A stretch of 64,000 nucleotides of DNA from Bacteroidota bacterium (GTDB lineage Bacteria; Bacteroidota; Bacteroidia; Flavobacteriales_F; PHOS-HE28), in NCBI GenBank assembly GCA_018267055.1, contig JAFDZF010000081.1, positions 3,345-67,344 of the forward strand, read 5' to 3'. The stretch's first letter is position 1. Every line of letters starts with the position of its first letter. The position numbers and the translations under genes are program-made. The notes under the pieces are model-generated. The model did no database searches and had not been told where the DNA came from. It saw nothing but the letters and a program-made list of their open reading frames with translations. Below, one piece after another: positions 37,376 to 46,458 of this stretch.

Positions 37376-37984
37376 CTATTTCTCCTTCGGCACCTCGGTC
37401 CAGCGCACCTGCTCGAACAGCGAATCCGCATAGGTGGCGAAGGCCTTGAAGGCCTGCGGCGTGCCCACACGGCCCACCACCTGCTTGTCCTTCCCGTTCG
37501 CCCGCATGCGGATGATGGTGCTGGGCAGGTCGGTGACGTCGCTGTCGTACCGGTCCTTCAGGTCGAAGAAGCCGATGGACAGGGCACGCGCATAGAGCGC
37601 ATCCATCGTCGCCCGGTCCACCATGCCGGTGAAATCGCCTTCGCGCGCCACCGAACGGATGCCCTTGTAGGTGGCATGACCGTCGTTGGCGATCCGCACC
37701 TTGTAGGTGGGGCAGCGGCCGAAGCAGGGCGTGCGTTCCAGGGCGAAGAAAAGGCTGTCGGCCGGGCCTTCGGCCAGCTGGACCTTGGTCGTGCCCATGT
37801 CCGCCGGAGCCTCGCCCACCGCATGGCCTGCGCCCGCGGCGACAGCGGCAGGAGGCGCGGCGGTGGCGGCCACCGAGGGGGCGGGCCCGTTGCTCGCGGC
37901 GGAGGACGCCGCGGTCTCCTGTTTGCCCTTGCAGCCCATGGAGAGGGCCAGCACCAGGGCGAGGGATGGAAGGGACGTACGCAT
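37376..37984 (-). CDS. Lipoprotein with DUF6438-like domain
   Basis: Lipobox 'LALSMGC', an Ala/Pro-rich linker, then 'ERTPCFGRCPTYKVRIANDGHATYKG'. Confidence 0.65.
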   Translation of the reverse strand: MRTSLPSLALVLALSMGCKGKQETAASSAASNGPAPSVAATAAPPAAVAAGAGHAVGEAPADMGTTKVQLAEGPADSLFFALERTPCFGRCPTYKVRIANDGHATYKGIRSVAREGDFTGMVDRATMDALYARALSIGFFDLKDRYDSDVTDLPSTIIRMRANGKDKQVVGRVGTPQAFKAFATYADSLFEQVRWTEVPKEK

Positions 37985-38062
37985 GGAACGAAGGTATCGG
38001 GACGACGTCCACCGGCCAAGAACGTGCCGATCGCCCCGGGCGGCCGCCAACACGGGGCGCGC

Positions 38063-38070
38063 TACTTTTG
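38063..38070 (+). promoter_or_regulatory. -7-type promoter box TACTTTTG (purB; implies leaderless mRNA)
   Basis: Perfect TAnnTTTG ending 6 nt before ATG 38077. Confidence 0.45.
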
Positions 38071-38076
38071 GCACGC

Positions 38077-39444
38077 ATGGAATTGAACGCCCTCACCGCG
38101 CTCTCCCCCATCGACGGGCGCTACCGGGACCGGGTCGCACCGCTCGCGCAGTGGTTCAGCGAGCACGCCCTGATCCGCTATCGCCTCCAGGTGGAGCTGG
38201 CCTACTTCGCCTTCCTGTGCGACATCCCCCTGCCGGAGCTCAAGGATGCCGACCGGAAGGCCCTGGCCGCCGTGGAGCAGCGCCTGCACCCCTTCAGCGA
38301 GGCCGATGCCCAGCGGATCAAGGCCATCGAGCGCACCACCAACCACGATGTGAAGGCGGTGGAGTACTTCCTGAAGGAGCGGCTCACCGAGGCCGGGCTG
38401 GGCCCGCAGCGCGAGTTCGTGCACTTCGCCCTCACCTCGCAGGACGTGAACAACACCGCCCTGCCGATGCTCGTGCGCGACTTCGTGGACGGCCATTACC
38501 TGCCCACGATGATCGCCCTGCGCGACCGCCTGCACGGCCTCGCGCTCGAATGGGCGCAGGTGCCCATGCTCGCCCGCACCCACGGACAGCCCGCCTCCCC
38601 CACCCGCCTGGGCAAGGAGATCCAGGTGTTCGTGGAACGGCTCGACGTGCAGCTGCGCACGGTCCGCGCCGTGCCCTTCACCTGCAAGTTCGGCGGCGCC
38701 ACCGGCAACTTCAACGCGCACCACGCCGCCTACCCGGAGCTGGACTGGGTGGCCCTCGCCGACCGCTTCTGCGCGGAGAAGCTCGGCCTCACGCGCCAGC
38801 AGTTCACCACGCAGATCGAGCACTACGACGGGTTGGCCGCGCTCTTCGACGCCATGCGCCGTGTGAACGTCATCCTCGTCGACCTGTGCCGCGACATCTG
38901 GACCTACGTGGGCCTCGACTACTTCCGCCAGCGCGTGAAGGCCGGCGAGGTGGGCTCCTCGGCCATGCCGCACAAGGTGAACCCGATCGACTTCGAGAAC
39001 GCCGAGGGCAACCTTGGCCTGGCGAACGCGCTCTTCGGCTTCCTCAGCGAGAAGCTGCCGATCAGCCGCCTGCAGCGCGACCTCACCGACAGCACGGTGA
39101 CCCGCAACATCGGCGTGCCCATGGCGCACACCTGCATCGCCATCGACGCGGTGATGAAGGGACTGGGCAAGCTGCTGCTGAACCCGCCCGCGCTGGAGCG
39201 CGACCTCGACGCGCAATGGGCCGTGGTGGCCGAGGGCATCCAGACCATCCTGCGGCGCGCCGGCGTGGCCGAGCCCTACGAGCAGCTGAAGGCGCTCACA
39301 CGCGGCAAGGAGCGCATCACGCAGGCCGACATCGCCGCGTTCATCGACACCCTCGACGTGGACGCCGACGTGAAGGCGCAGCTCCACCGCCTCACGCCAC
39401 ACAACTACACCGGCATCGACCTGCTCGGCCGGGTGATGCCATAG
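38077..39444 (+). CDS. purB: Adenylosuccinate lyase
   Basis: 'LSPIDGRYRD', 'ALTSQDVNNTA' and 'GSSAMPHKVNPIDFEN' (fumarate-lyase signature). ATG 38077. Confidence 0.96.
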   Translation: MELNALTALSPIDGRYRDRVAPLAQWFSEHALIRYRLQVELAYFAFLCDIPLPELKDADRKALAAVEQRLHPFSEADAQRIKAIERTTNHDVKAVEYFLKERLTEAGLGPQREFVHFALTSQDVNNTALPMLVRDFVDGHYLPTMIALRDRLHGLALEWAQVPMLARTHGQPASPTRLGKEIQVFVERLDVQLRTVRAVPFTCKFGGATGNFNAHHAAYPELDWVALADRFCAEKLGLTRQQFTTQIEHYDGLAALFDAMRRVNVILVDLCRDIWTYVGLDYFRQRVKAGEVGSSAMPHKVNPIDFENAEGNLGLANALFGFLSEKLPISRLQRDLTDSTVTRNIGVPMAHTCIAIDAVMKGLGKLLLNPPALERDLDAQWAVVAEGIQTILRRAGVAEPYEQLKALTRGKERITQADIAAFIDTLDVDADVKAQLHRLTPHNYTGIDLLGRVMP

Positions 39445-39447
39445 GCC

Positions 39448-39939
39448 TCAGGGACGCTTCAGCAGCAGCCGCTGGTACTGCACCAGGTCGGTGTTGGGCA
39501 CTTCCTCCAGGTCGAGCTGCCGCATCAGCGTGACCACCTGCCCGCGGTGGTAGCTCGCGTGGTTGAAGCAGTGCATCAGCGGCTGGATCCGCGGCTGCGT
39601 GGACTCCTCGCCGCGGAGGTTCGTGTACGTCACGCGGGCCTGCAGCTCCTCTGCCGTGAGGCCGCGCACGTAGTCGTGCAGGATGGTGCAGTACTTGATC
39701 AGGCTGTCCAGCTGCCGGCCTTCCTCCGCGGGCCAGCGCTGCGGCTGCCCGCTCATGCGCAGCTGCCACGCGCATTCAGCGTCGCGGATGTGCAGCAGCG
39801 TGGCGCGCAACGAGGGGAAACTGCTCTTCACGTGGCGGTCCAGCACATTGTCCGGCTCGCGTTGCAAGCGGTCGACCAGGCGCGTGTTGGCCCACAGGTC
39901 GTACGCCGCGTACTGGTCGATCAGTCCTTTCACGTCCAT
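39448..39939 (-). CDS. DinB-family protein
   Basis: 'YDLWANTRLVDRL' and 'NHASYHRGQVVTLMRQL' are the classic DinB pattern. Internal ATG 39939. Confidence 0.8.
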   Translation of the reverse strand: MDVKGLIDQYAAYDLWANTRLVDRLQREPDNVLDRHVKSSFPSLRATLLHIRDAECAWQLRMSGQPQRWPAEEGRQLDSLIKYCTILHDYVRGLTAEELQARVTYTNLRGEESTQPRIQPLMHCFNHASYHRGQVVTLMRQLDLEEVPNTDLVQYQRLLLKRP

Positions 39940-40006
39940 GTAATAGGTGGATAACGGTGTTGAAAATACCCAACGCCCCGATACCACGCCGCCCTGCCCC
40001 TCCCCG

Positions 40007-40014
40007 TAGGTTCG
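40007..40014 (+). promoter_or_regulatory. -7-type box TAGGTTCG (hypothetical 40034)
   Basis: 19 nt upstream of ATG 40034, in a locally AT-richer divergent region. Confidence 0.3.
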
Positions 40015-40033
40015 CGTTCATTAACGGGACGGA

Positions 40034-40579
40034 ATGATCGCCACTCTGTTCGGGCGGAAGAAGATCACCGAGGACAAGCTCGCGAACGTGTTCGTCAATG
40101 CCGTGCTGCGGCTGACCGAACAGGGGTACCCCACGATCGTCGACGAGATCCAGGAGGCGCCGGAGTTCGTCATCGCCCCCGAGTTCGGCCCCGGCGACGA
40201 TGAGCTCTTCGCGCTGATCGTGCTCGCCGGCAACCTGATGGACGCGCCGAAGCACATGCCCGCCGGGCAGGACCGCCGCCTCTTCGCCCACGCCATCTCC
40301 AAGTTCGCGCAGGCCATGGACCTCAACGCCGCCGAGCTGGAGACCGAGGTGATCGCGCTGCAGCACTACATGGAGCGCATCAACCACCCGAGCAAGAACA
40401 CGGTGTACGCGATGAGCAAGGCGGTCTTCCACAAGTTCGACCTCTTCCGCTGCCAGGACGCCTACTTCCGCGAGATGAAGGCGCCCAACCCGATCGTGCT
40501 CAGCCGCCTCAACAAGCTGATGGCCTTCTGCCTCTGGGACTGGGCCGAGCTGCTCGAGGAGTGGAAGGTGACCCAGTAG
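40034..40579 (+). CDS. Hypothetical protein
   Basis: 181-aa ORF with normal (non-mirror) composition. A TAGGTTCG box lies 19 nt upstream. No motif recognised. Confidence 0.55.
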   Translation: MIATLFGRKKITEDKLANVFVNAVLRLTEQGYPTIVDEIQEAPEFVIAPEFGPGDDELFALIVLAGNLMDAPKHMPAGQDRRLFAHAISKFAQAMDLNAAELETEVIALQHYMERINHPSKNTVYAMSKAVFHKFDLFRCQDAYFREMKAPNPIVLSRLNKLMAFCLWDWAELLEEWKVTQ

Positions 40580-40607
40580 GTCGGCCGTTCGCCGATCGAT
40601 GGCTCGG

Positions 40608-41837
40608 TCAGCCCTCGGCAAGCACGCCTTCCCGCACCGCTAGGTCCACGATCTCCGCGCCGATGGCCAGGCAGGCCGTGGCCGCGGGTGACGGCGCATT
40701 GAGCACGTGGATGTGCGTGCCGCGCCGCTCGATGCGGAAATCGTCCACCATCTCGCCGTCGGCGCCGAGCAGCATGGCGCGCACGCCCGCGCGGCCCGGC
40801 TCGATGTCGGCCATCGTCAGCGACGGGATCAGGCGGCGCAGGGTCTTCAGGAAGAGCCGCTTGCTGAACGCACGGCGGTACTCCGCGATGCCGTAGGACA
40901 TGTTCTTGAAGAAGAGCTTCCACGTGCCGCCATAAGTGAGCGCCTCCCACGTGTCGCGCAGGCTGAAGTCCGTCTTGCCGTAGCCCTCGCGCTTGAAGGT
41001 GAATACCGCGTTGGGGCCGCATTCGACGCTGCCGTCGGTCATGCGCGTGAAGTGCACGCCCAGGAAAGGGAAGCGCGGGTCGGGCACCGGATAGATGAGG
41101 TTGCGCACCTTGTGCCGGCCCTGTGGGGTCAGCTCATAGTAGTCGCCGCGGAAGCCCACGATGCGCTCCTTCACGCGGGCGCCGTCGGCCCGGGCCAGGC
41201 GGTCGCTCTGCAGGCCGCCGCAGAAGATGACGCTCTTCGCCGCGTGGCGCCCTTTCGAGGTCCGCACGGTGCTGAGGCCGTCGCGCTCCTCCGTGGCCAG
41301 CACCTCCTCGGACGTACGCACCTCCGAGAGCGGGTTGATCGCCCGGGCCAGCTCGGCCATCTTGTTGGTGGCGCCCCGGAAATCGATGATGCCCGTGCAG
41401 CCCACCCACAGGCCGGCGATGCCGGTGCAATGCGGCTCGATGGCGGCGATCTCCTCCGCGGTGATGCGCCGCAGGTCCTCGATGCCGTTGGCGATGCCCC
41501 GTTCGTGGATCCGCTCCAGGCGCGGCAGCTCCTCGGGGTCGGTGGCCACGATGATCTTGCCGCACACGTCGTGCGCGATGCCGTGCTCCTTCGCGAAGGC
41601 CACTAGCTCGCGCCGCCCCTGCACGCAGTTGCGCGCCTTGTAGCTGCCCGGCTTGTAATAGATGCCGCTGTGGATCACCCCGCTGTTGTGGCCGGTCTGG
41701 TGGTCGCTCAGCAGGCGCTCCTTCTCCAGCAGCAGCAGCCGCTTGCGCGGGAAGCGGGCTTGGAGCTTGTAGAAGGTGGCGGCACCCACGATGCCCCCGC
41801 CCACGATGATCACGTCCCAGGTCCCTTCGTCGGCCAT
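40608..41837 (-). CDS. lhgO: L-2-hydroxyglutarate oxidase/dehydrogenase (FAD)
   Basis: 'DVIIVGGGIVGAATFYKL...QTGHNSGVIHSGIYYKPGS' and 'HVLNAPSPAATA' are LhgO-type. ATG 41837 is internal to the 673-aa track ORF. Confidence 0.9.
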   Translation of the reverse strand: MADEGTWDVIIVGGGIVGAATFYKLQARFPRKRLLLLEKERLLSDHQTGHNSGVIHSGIYYKPGSYKARNCVQGRRELVAFAKEHGIAHDVCGKIIVATDPEELPRLERIHERGIANGIEDLRRITAEEIAAIEPHCTGIAGLWVGCTGIIDFRGATNKMAELARAINPLSEVRTSEEVLATEERDGLSTVRTSKGRHAAKSVIFCGGLQSDRLARADGARVKERIVGFRGDYYELTPQGRHKVRNLIYPVPDPRFPFLGVHFTRMTDGSVECGPNAVFTFKREGYGKTDFSLRDTWEALTYGGTWKLFFKNMSYGIAEYRRAFSKRLFLKTLRRLIPSLTMADIEPGRAGVRAMLLGADGEMVDDFRIERRGTHIHVLNAPSPAATACLAIGAEIVDLAVREGVLAEG

Positions 41838-41896
41838 CTGCGATGGAAAAGTGCCGCGAAGGTGCCGACTTCGCGCCATCCGGCCAAGACCGCTGC

Positions 41897-43258
41897 TCAA
41901 GCGGCCTGCAACGCCAGGCGCTCCTCCTTCGGCACCCGCCACAGCAGGAACAGGCCCAGGACGAAGAAGAGGCCGATGCCGACCACCGTGTCGCGCAGGT
42001 CGCCGGTGATGGCATAGACGGCGCCGTAGACGGCCGTCCCGAGCACGGTGCCCAGGTAATAGCTCACGTCGTAGAAGCTGAAGTAGCTCGCGTGGTCCTC
42101 CGTCTCCGGCAGGAACTTCGCGTAGGTGCTGCGGCTCAGGGCCTGGCTGCCGCCCATCACCAGGCCCACGATGGAGGCCAGGATGTAGAACTGCGAGGTC
42201 CAGTGCAGCGCATAGGCGAAGGCGCATGCCCCGATCCATACGCCCGCCCCGATCATCAGCGCCCGCACGTTGCCGAAGCGCTTGCTCAGCCGCACGAACA
42301 GCATGGCGCCCACCGCGGCCACCAGCTGGATGAGCAGGATGCTGGTGATGAGCCCCGCATCGCTGATGGGCACCACCGTGCCGTCGTCCGCCACCTCCTT
42401 CACTTCCTGCTTGGCGAAGTTGGCGGCGAGGTACATCACCGTCTGGATGCCCGCGTTGAACACGAAGTAGGCGCCCAGGTAGCTCTTCAGGCGGGTGGTC
42501 CGCCGCAGCTCGTTCCAGGTCTTGCGCAGCTCCCGGTAGCCGTTGGTGAGCACGTTCACGCCATGGTCGTCGGAGCGCCGGCCCAGCGGCAGCCGCCGCA
42601 ACGGGATCTGCGCCCAGCCGGCCCACCACAGGGCCACGCTGATGAAGGTGGCCCGCGCGGGCACGCCGCCCCAGTCGCGGCCGAACAGGTGGATCCGCTC
42701 CGGCAGGCCGAAGAGGTCCGGCCGCATCACCATCGCCAGGTTGAGGATGAGCAGGATGACACTGCCGATATACCCCATGGTGTAGCCCCGCGCGCTGATG
42801 CGGTCGTGGTCCTTCCGCTCGGCGATCTCCGGCAGGAAGGCATCATAGAAGATCAGGCTGCCGCTGAAGCCCACGCAGGCCAGCGCCACCGTGGCCAGGC
42901 CCAGCCAGAACCGGTCGAGGGTGAAGAAGGCCAGGCCCGCACAGCAGGCCGCGCCCAGGTAGCAGAAGAACTGCAGGAAGCGCTTCTTGTTGCCCCGGTG
43001 GTCCGCGATGCCCGAGAGGATGGGCGCGATGAGCGCGATGGCCAGGAAGCCGATGGACAGGGCCCAGGGGTAGGCGGCGGCGGCCCGTACCCCGTAGCGC
43101 TCGAGCACCAGGTCGCGCTCCCCGTCCATGGTGAGGGCCACATAGAACATCGGGAACACCGCGCTGGTGATCGTGAGCGAGTACGACGAGTTGGCCCAGT
43201 CGTACATCGTCCAGGCCCGGATGGTGCGCTTGTCGCCTGGCTGCATGGTGGGATGCAT
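41897..43258 (-). CDS. MFS transporter, UMF1/Atg22-like family
   Basis: 'RAWTMYDWANSSYSLTITSAVFPMFY' with 12 TM helices. Start is ATG 43258; GTG 43261 or ATG 43243 are possible. Confidence 0.85.
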   Translation of the reverse strand: MHPTMQPGDKRTIRAWTMYDWANSSYSLTITSAVFPMFYVALTMDGERDLVLERYGVRAAAAYPWALSIGFLAIALIAPILSGIADHRGNKKRFLQFFCYLGAACCAGLAFFTLDRFWLGLATVALACVGFSGSLIFYDAFLPEIAERKDHDRISARGYTMGYIGSVILLILNLAMVMRPDLFGLPERIHLFGRDWGGVPARATFISVALWWAGWAQIPLRRLPLGRRSDDHGVNVLTNGYRELRKTWNELRRTTRLKSYLGAYFVFNAGIQTVMYLAANFAKQEVKEVADDGTVVPISDAGLITSILLIQLVAAVGAMLFVRLSKRFGNVRALMIGAGVWIGACAFAYALHWTSQFYILASIVGLVMGGSQALSRSTYAKFLPETEDHASYFSFYDVSYYLGTVLGTAVYGAVYAITGDLRDTVVGIGLFFVLGLFLLWRVPKEERLALQAA

Positions 43259-43280
43259 CACCGCGATGTGCTGCTATGCC

Positions 43281-43316
43281 CATGGATCCATGTGCGCCGG
43301 CACATGCGATCGCATG
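43281..43316. repeat. Chain of three overlapping CATG-anchored dyads
   Basis: CATGGATCCATG (43281-92), CATGTGC-GCCG-GCACATG (43289-306) and CATGCGATCGCATG (43303-16). All lie within the 64-nt gap between the OmpA-family stop and the MFS start. Confidence 0.75.
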
Positions 43317-43325
43317 GACGTCGGC

Positions 43326-44501
43326 TTACTTCTCGATCTCGAACTCCACGCGCCGGTTCTTGCTCAGGGCCACTTCATCGTCGCCCTCGCCCGCCGGGCT
43401 CTCGCCCTTCTGGCCCGCGATGGTGATGCGGTCCGCGGAGATGCCCGCATCGGTGAACACCGCTTTCACCGCCTCCGCGCGCTCCTTGTCGATGTCGGTG
43501 AGGTCCGGCCGCATGCGGCTGCGGTCCACCTCGATGACGTCCGCATGGCCCACGAGCCGCAGCTTGATGGTCGGATTGGCCTTCATCACGCCCACCAGCT
43601 CGTTCAGCATGGGGACGAAGGAACCGTCGACGTTGCGGTTGAACCGCTTGAAGTACACCGCGGCCTGGTCCAGCTGGGTGGCCGGTGGCAGCGATTTGTT
43701 CACCGTCATCTTCTTGCCGTAGATGAACTCGCTGGCCGCCTTGTCCAACTGCTCGCACGAGCACTCGCTCATGGTCTTGATCGGCACCACGCTCACGTCG
43801 TCGATGTAGTAGTAGGCGTTGGCCTGCTGTACACGCACCTCCCCTTTCGGCCGCTTGATCTTCACCGTGTTGGTCTTCTCGTTCGCGGCGAAGTTCCCGA
43901 TGATGAGGTACTGCTCATCGCCCTTCGCCTCGTACACGCCGCACACGCCCTGCCAGCCGTAGGGGTCGTCATAGACCTTGGTACGCATGGCGGGCACCTG
44001 GGCCTCGTAGGTGAGGCTGCTGGCGTCGTCCTTCTTCACCACCATCTTGCTCACATACGTGGCCAGCTGGTCGGAGCCGTACTTGCTGAGGTCGGAGAGG
44101 CTCACGTAGTAGCGGACGCAGTACTTCTGGTCCTTCTTCAGCATCTTCTTGAACTTGGCCTGCAGGTAGCTGCGCGGCTCCTTGTTCATGTAGCTCCACC
44201 ACATCAGGCCGGCGTAGTTCTGGCCGTTCAGCGGGGCCTGGTCGCCGTGGGCGTTCTTCGGTGCGGTCACCGGGCTGTCCTTCGCCACCGTCTCGCTGTA
44301 GAGGTCGGCGTTGGTCGCCGTGGGGCTCTTCCAGCCCTTGGCCATCTCGATGCTGCCGGGGCGCTTCAGCTTGCCGTCGATCGTCTCGAAGCCCCCGTTC
44401 TCGATCATGTTCAGGCTGTCGGGCACTTCTTCCTTCTGTGCGGCGGCCCGGGCGGTGGCCAGGGCGGCACAGGCGATCAACAGGGTGTGGCGGAGGTTCA
44501 T
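43326..44501 (-). CDS. OmpA-family (OmpA/MotB C-terminal domain) outer-membrane protein
   Basis: Signal peptide 'MNLRHTLLIACAALATARAAAQ'. C-terminal 'LRLVGHAD...ERAEAVKAVFTDAGISADRITIAGQKGE...NRRVEFEI'. Confidence 0.88.
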   Translation of the reverse strand: MNLRHTLLIACAALATARAAAQKEEVPDSLNMIENGGFETIDGKLKRPGSIEMAKGWKSPTATNADLYSETVAKDSPVTAPKNAHGDQAPLNGQNYAGLMWWSYMNKEPRSYLQAKFKKMLKKDQKYCVRYYVSLSDLSKYGSDQLATYVSKMVVKKDDASSLTYEAQVPAMRTKVYDDPYGWQGVCGVYEAKGDEQYLIIGNFAANEKTNTVKIKRPKGEVRVQQANAYYYIDDVSVVPIKTMSECSCEQLDKAASEFIYGKKMTVNKSLPPATQLDQAAVYFKRFNRNVDGSFVPMLNELVGVMKANPTIKLRLVGHADVIEVDRSRMRPDLTDIDKERAEAVKAVFTDAGISADRITIAGQKGESPAGEGDDEVALSKNRRVEFEIEK

Positions 44502-45532
44502 GCAGGTCGGTGTTGATGGTCCTTCACGGAGTCGATGAAGCGGCGCACGTGGTCCACCGGGGTATCCGGATGGACGCCATGGCCCAAGTTAGCGATGTGG
44601 CGCTGTGGCCCGAAGGCGTCCAGCATCCGCGCGGTCTCGCGCGCGATCACGGCCCTGTCGGCGTACAGCACGCAGGGGTCGAGGTTGCCTTGCAGGGTCT
44701 TCTCCGGACCGGTGATGGAACGCACCCACTGCGGCTCCTGCGTCCAGTCCAGGCCGATGGTGGCGCAGGGCAGCGCGGCGATGTCGGCCAGGGCGAACCA
44801 GGCGTCCTTCGCGAACACGGTGACGGGCACCTCGGTGATGGCCTCGCAGATGCGGCGCAGGCAGGGGATGGCGAACTCGCGGTAGGTCGCGCGGTCCATC
44901 ACGCCCGCCCAGGAATCGAACACCTGCACCAGGTCGGCACCGGCCTCCACCTGCAGGCGCAGGTAGGCGATGGTGGTGGTGGTGATGCGGTCCATGAGCG
45001 CGTGGGCGAAGGCCGGGTCGGCGAAGAGCGATCGCCGTGCCATACTGAAGGTCTTGCTCCCCTGCCCCTCGGTCATGTAGCAGAAGATGGTCCACGGCGC
45101 GCCCGCGAAACCGATCAGCGGCACCCGCCCGCCCAGGCCGTCCTTCGTCAGGCGGATGGCCTCGGCCACGTAGGACAGGTCATCGGCCACGTCCGGCGTG
45201 CGCAGGGTGGCGAGCTCCGCCATGGAACGCACCGTCCGGGGGAAGCGCGGGCCCTTGCCCTCGTCCATCACGTACGGCAGGCCCATCGCATCGGGCACCA
45301 CCAGGATGTCGCTGAAGATGATGGCCGCGTCCACGCCCAGGAGGTCCACCGGCTGCAGGGTCACCTCGGCGGCCATCTCCGGCGTGGTCACCAGCGTGCG
45401 GAAGTCGCCCGCGCGCTCACGCACGGCCCGGTATTCCTTGAGGATGCGGCCCGCCTGGCGCATGAGCCACACCGGCGTGCGCTCCGTGCGCTGGCCGAGC
45501 GCCGCGCGAAGCAAGAGGTCGTTGGTCGCCAT
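44498..45532 (-). CDS. hemE: Uroporphyrinogen decarboxylase
   Basis: 'PVWLMRQAGRILKEYR' and 'FDSWAG'. Its stop overlaps the OmpA-family start (ATGA). Confidence 0.95.
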   Translation of the reverse strand: MATNDLLLRAALGQRTERTPVWLMRQAGRILKEYRAVRERAGDFRTLVTTPEMAAEVTLQPVDLLGVDAAIIFSDILVVPDAMGLPYVMDEGKGPRFPRTVRSMAELATLRTPDVADDLSYVAEAIRLTKDGLGGRVPLIGFAGAPWTIFCYMTEGQGSKTFSMARRSLFADPAFAHALMDRITTTTIAYLRLQVEAGADLVQVFDSWAGVMDRATYREFAIPCLRRICEAITEVPVTVFAKDAWFALADIAALPCATIGLDWTQEPQWVRSITGPEKTLQGNLDPCVLYADRAVIARETARMLDAFGPQRHIANLGHGVHPDTPVDHVRRFIDSVKDHQHRPA

Positions 45533-45560
45533 GGAGGGAGGCCCGTTCCCGCGGGCGGCG

Positions 45561-45568
45561 CGAAAGTA
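45561..45568 (-). promoter_or_regulatory. -7-type promoter box TACTTTCG (hemE)
   Basis: 28 nt upstream of ATG 45532, just downstream of the porin terminator. Confidence 0.4.
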
Positions 45569-45580
45569 GCCGCCGGAAAA

Positions 45581-45612
45581 GAAGGAAGGCGGCCCAAAGG
45601 CCGCCTTCCTTC
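45581..45612 (-). terminator. Perfect hairpin GAAGGAAGGCGGCC-CAAA-GGCCGCCTTCCTTC + TTTT downstream of the porin-like gene
   Basis: 14-bp stem with a 4-nt loop, followed on the minus strand by TTTTCC. Classic intrinsic terminator geometry. Confidence 0.75.
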
Positions 45613-45628
45613 AGCAAGTGCCGGAAGC

Positions 45629-46195
45629 TTAGTTGAGGCTCAGCAGGTAAGCAGCGCGCAGACCGATGTAGGTCGCGGCTTTCGCACCCTCCACGTCGGA
45701 GTCGGGCGAAATGCTGTTGAAACGCAGGCCGAGGTCCAGCTTCTCCAGCTGGTAGCCGACGCCGATGGCCCAGCTGAAGTTGGTGTTGCTGTCGGACGTG
45801 CCTTCGATCGTGCCGAAGGGACCGAGGTCGATGTCCTTCGTCTTCACGGTCGTGCTGTGGATACCCACCTGACCATGCGCGTAGAAGCCTTCCTGCTGCT
45901 CCTGGAAGTAGTACTTCAGGCCCACCTGCGCGGGGATCATCGTGTAGGACTTGAAAGCGTCCTTCGCATCGGATTTCAGCGAAACGAAGTCGTAGCCGAC
46001 CTGCGCGGTGACACCGAGCATGTCGCCAACGGGCAGTTCGAAGCCGACCGTGGGGCCTACGAGCAGGCTGGCCACGTCACCGAAATCGCCCATCGGCAGA
46101 CCGAGGTCCACACCGAAGGAAAGTTGGTTGCTCTGTGCCATGGTGGCGGTGGTGCCGGCCAGGGCCAGGCTCGCGAAGAGGAGGCGTACGTTCAT
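45629..46195 (-). CDS. Small outer-membrane beta-barrel (OMP_b-brl/porin-like) protein
   Basis: Signal peptide 'MNVRLLFASLALAGTTATMAQ', alternating beta-strand pattern, and C-terminal '...GLRAAYLLSLN'. Confidence 0.8.
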   Translation of the reverse strand: MNVRLLFASLALAGTTATMAQSNQLSFGVDLGLPMGDFGDVASLLVGPTVGFELPVGDMLGVTAQVGYDFVSLKSDAKDAFKSYTMIPAQVGLKYYFQEQQEGFYAHGQVGIHSTTVKTKDIDLGPFGTIEGTSDSNTNFSWAIGVGYQLEKLDLGLRFNSISPDSDVEGAKAATYIGLRAAYLLSLN

Positions 46196-46229
46196 GGAAA
46201 GGTCAGTTTGTGGTTTCCGCGTTCGGGGC

Positions 46230-46237
46230 CAAAAGTA
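46230..46237 (-). promoter_or_regulatory. -7-type promoter box TACTTTTG (porin-like gene)
   Basis: Perfect TAnnTTTG, 34 nt upstream of ATG 46195. Confidence 0.45.
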
Positions 46238-46266
46238 TGCCAAGCTTTCGATCCAACAACCGAGCC

Positions 46267-46294
46267 CCTGCACCGTAGGTCCCTACGGTGCAGG
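46267..46294 (-). terminator. Hairpin CCTGCACCGTAGG-TC-CCTACGGTGCAGG downstream of aconitase
   Basis: 13-nt inverted repeat; the apical pairs must open to form a loop. A second, imperfect hairpin lies at ~46326-46357. Confidence 0.5.
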
Positions 46295-46458
46295 CCGTAT
46301 CCAGCGTCCACTGCGGCCGTCCGTCGAACGGAAGGCGGCGCTCATGGCCGCCGTTCAGGCACCGATGGCCACCCGGGCCCGGCGTTGTTCCGGACCTTGT
46401 CCGTTCGCCTGCCGCTCGGTCCTTGCAAGCCCAAGGAAGCGGCCGGGCGTGACCGGGC

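Noticed and set aside
43307-43314. GCGATCGC (the cyanobacterial HIP1 palindrome) and frequent CGATCG occurrences (for example 6778, 15673, 43307)
   Set aside because: Most copies lie in coding sequence, where GCG-ATC-GCC (Ala-Ile-Ala) codons in a GC-rich genome generate them naturally. I saw no evidence of over-representation by eye. A k-mer enrichment test against a codon-shuffled null would be needed.
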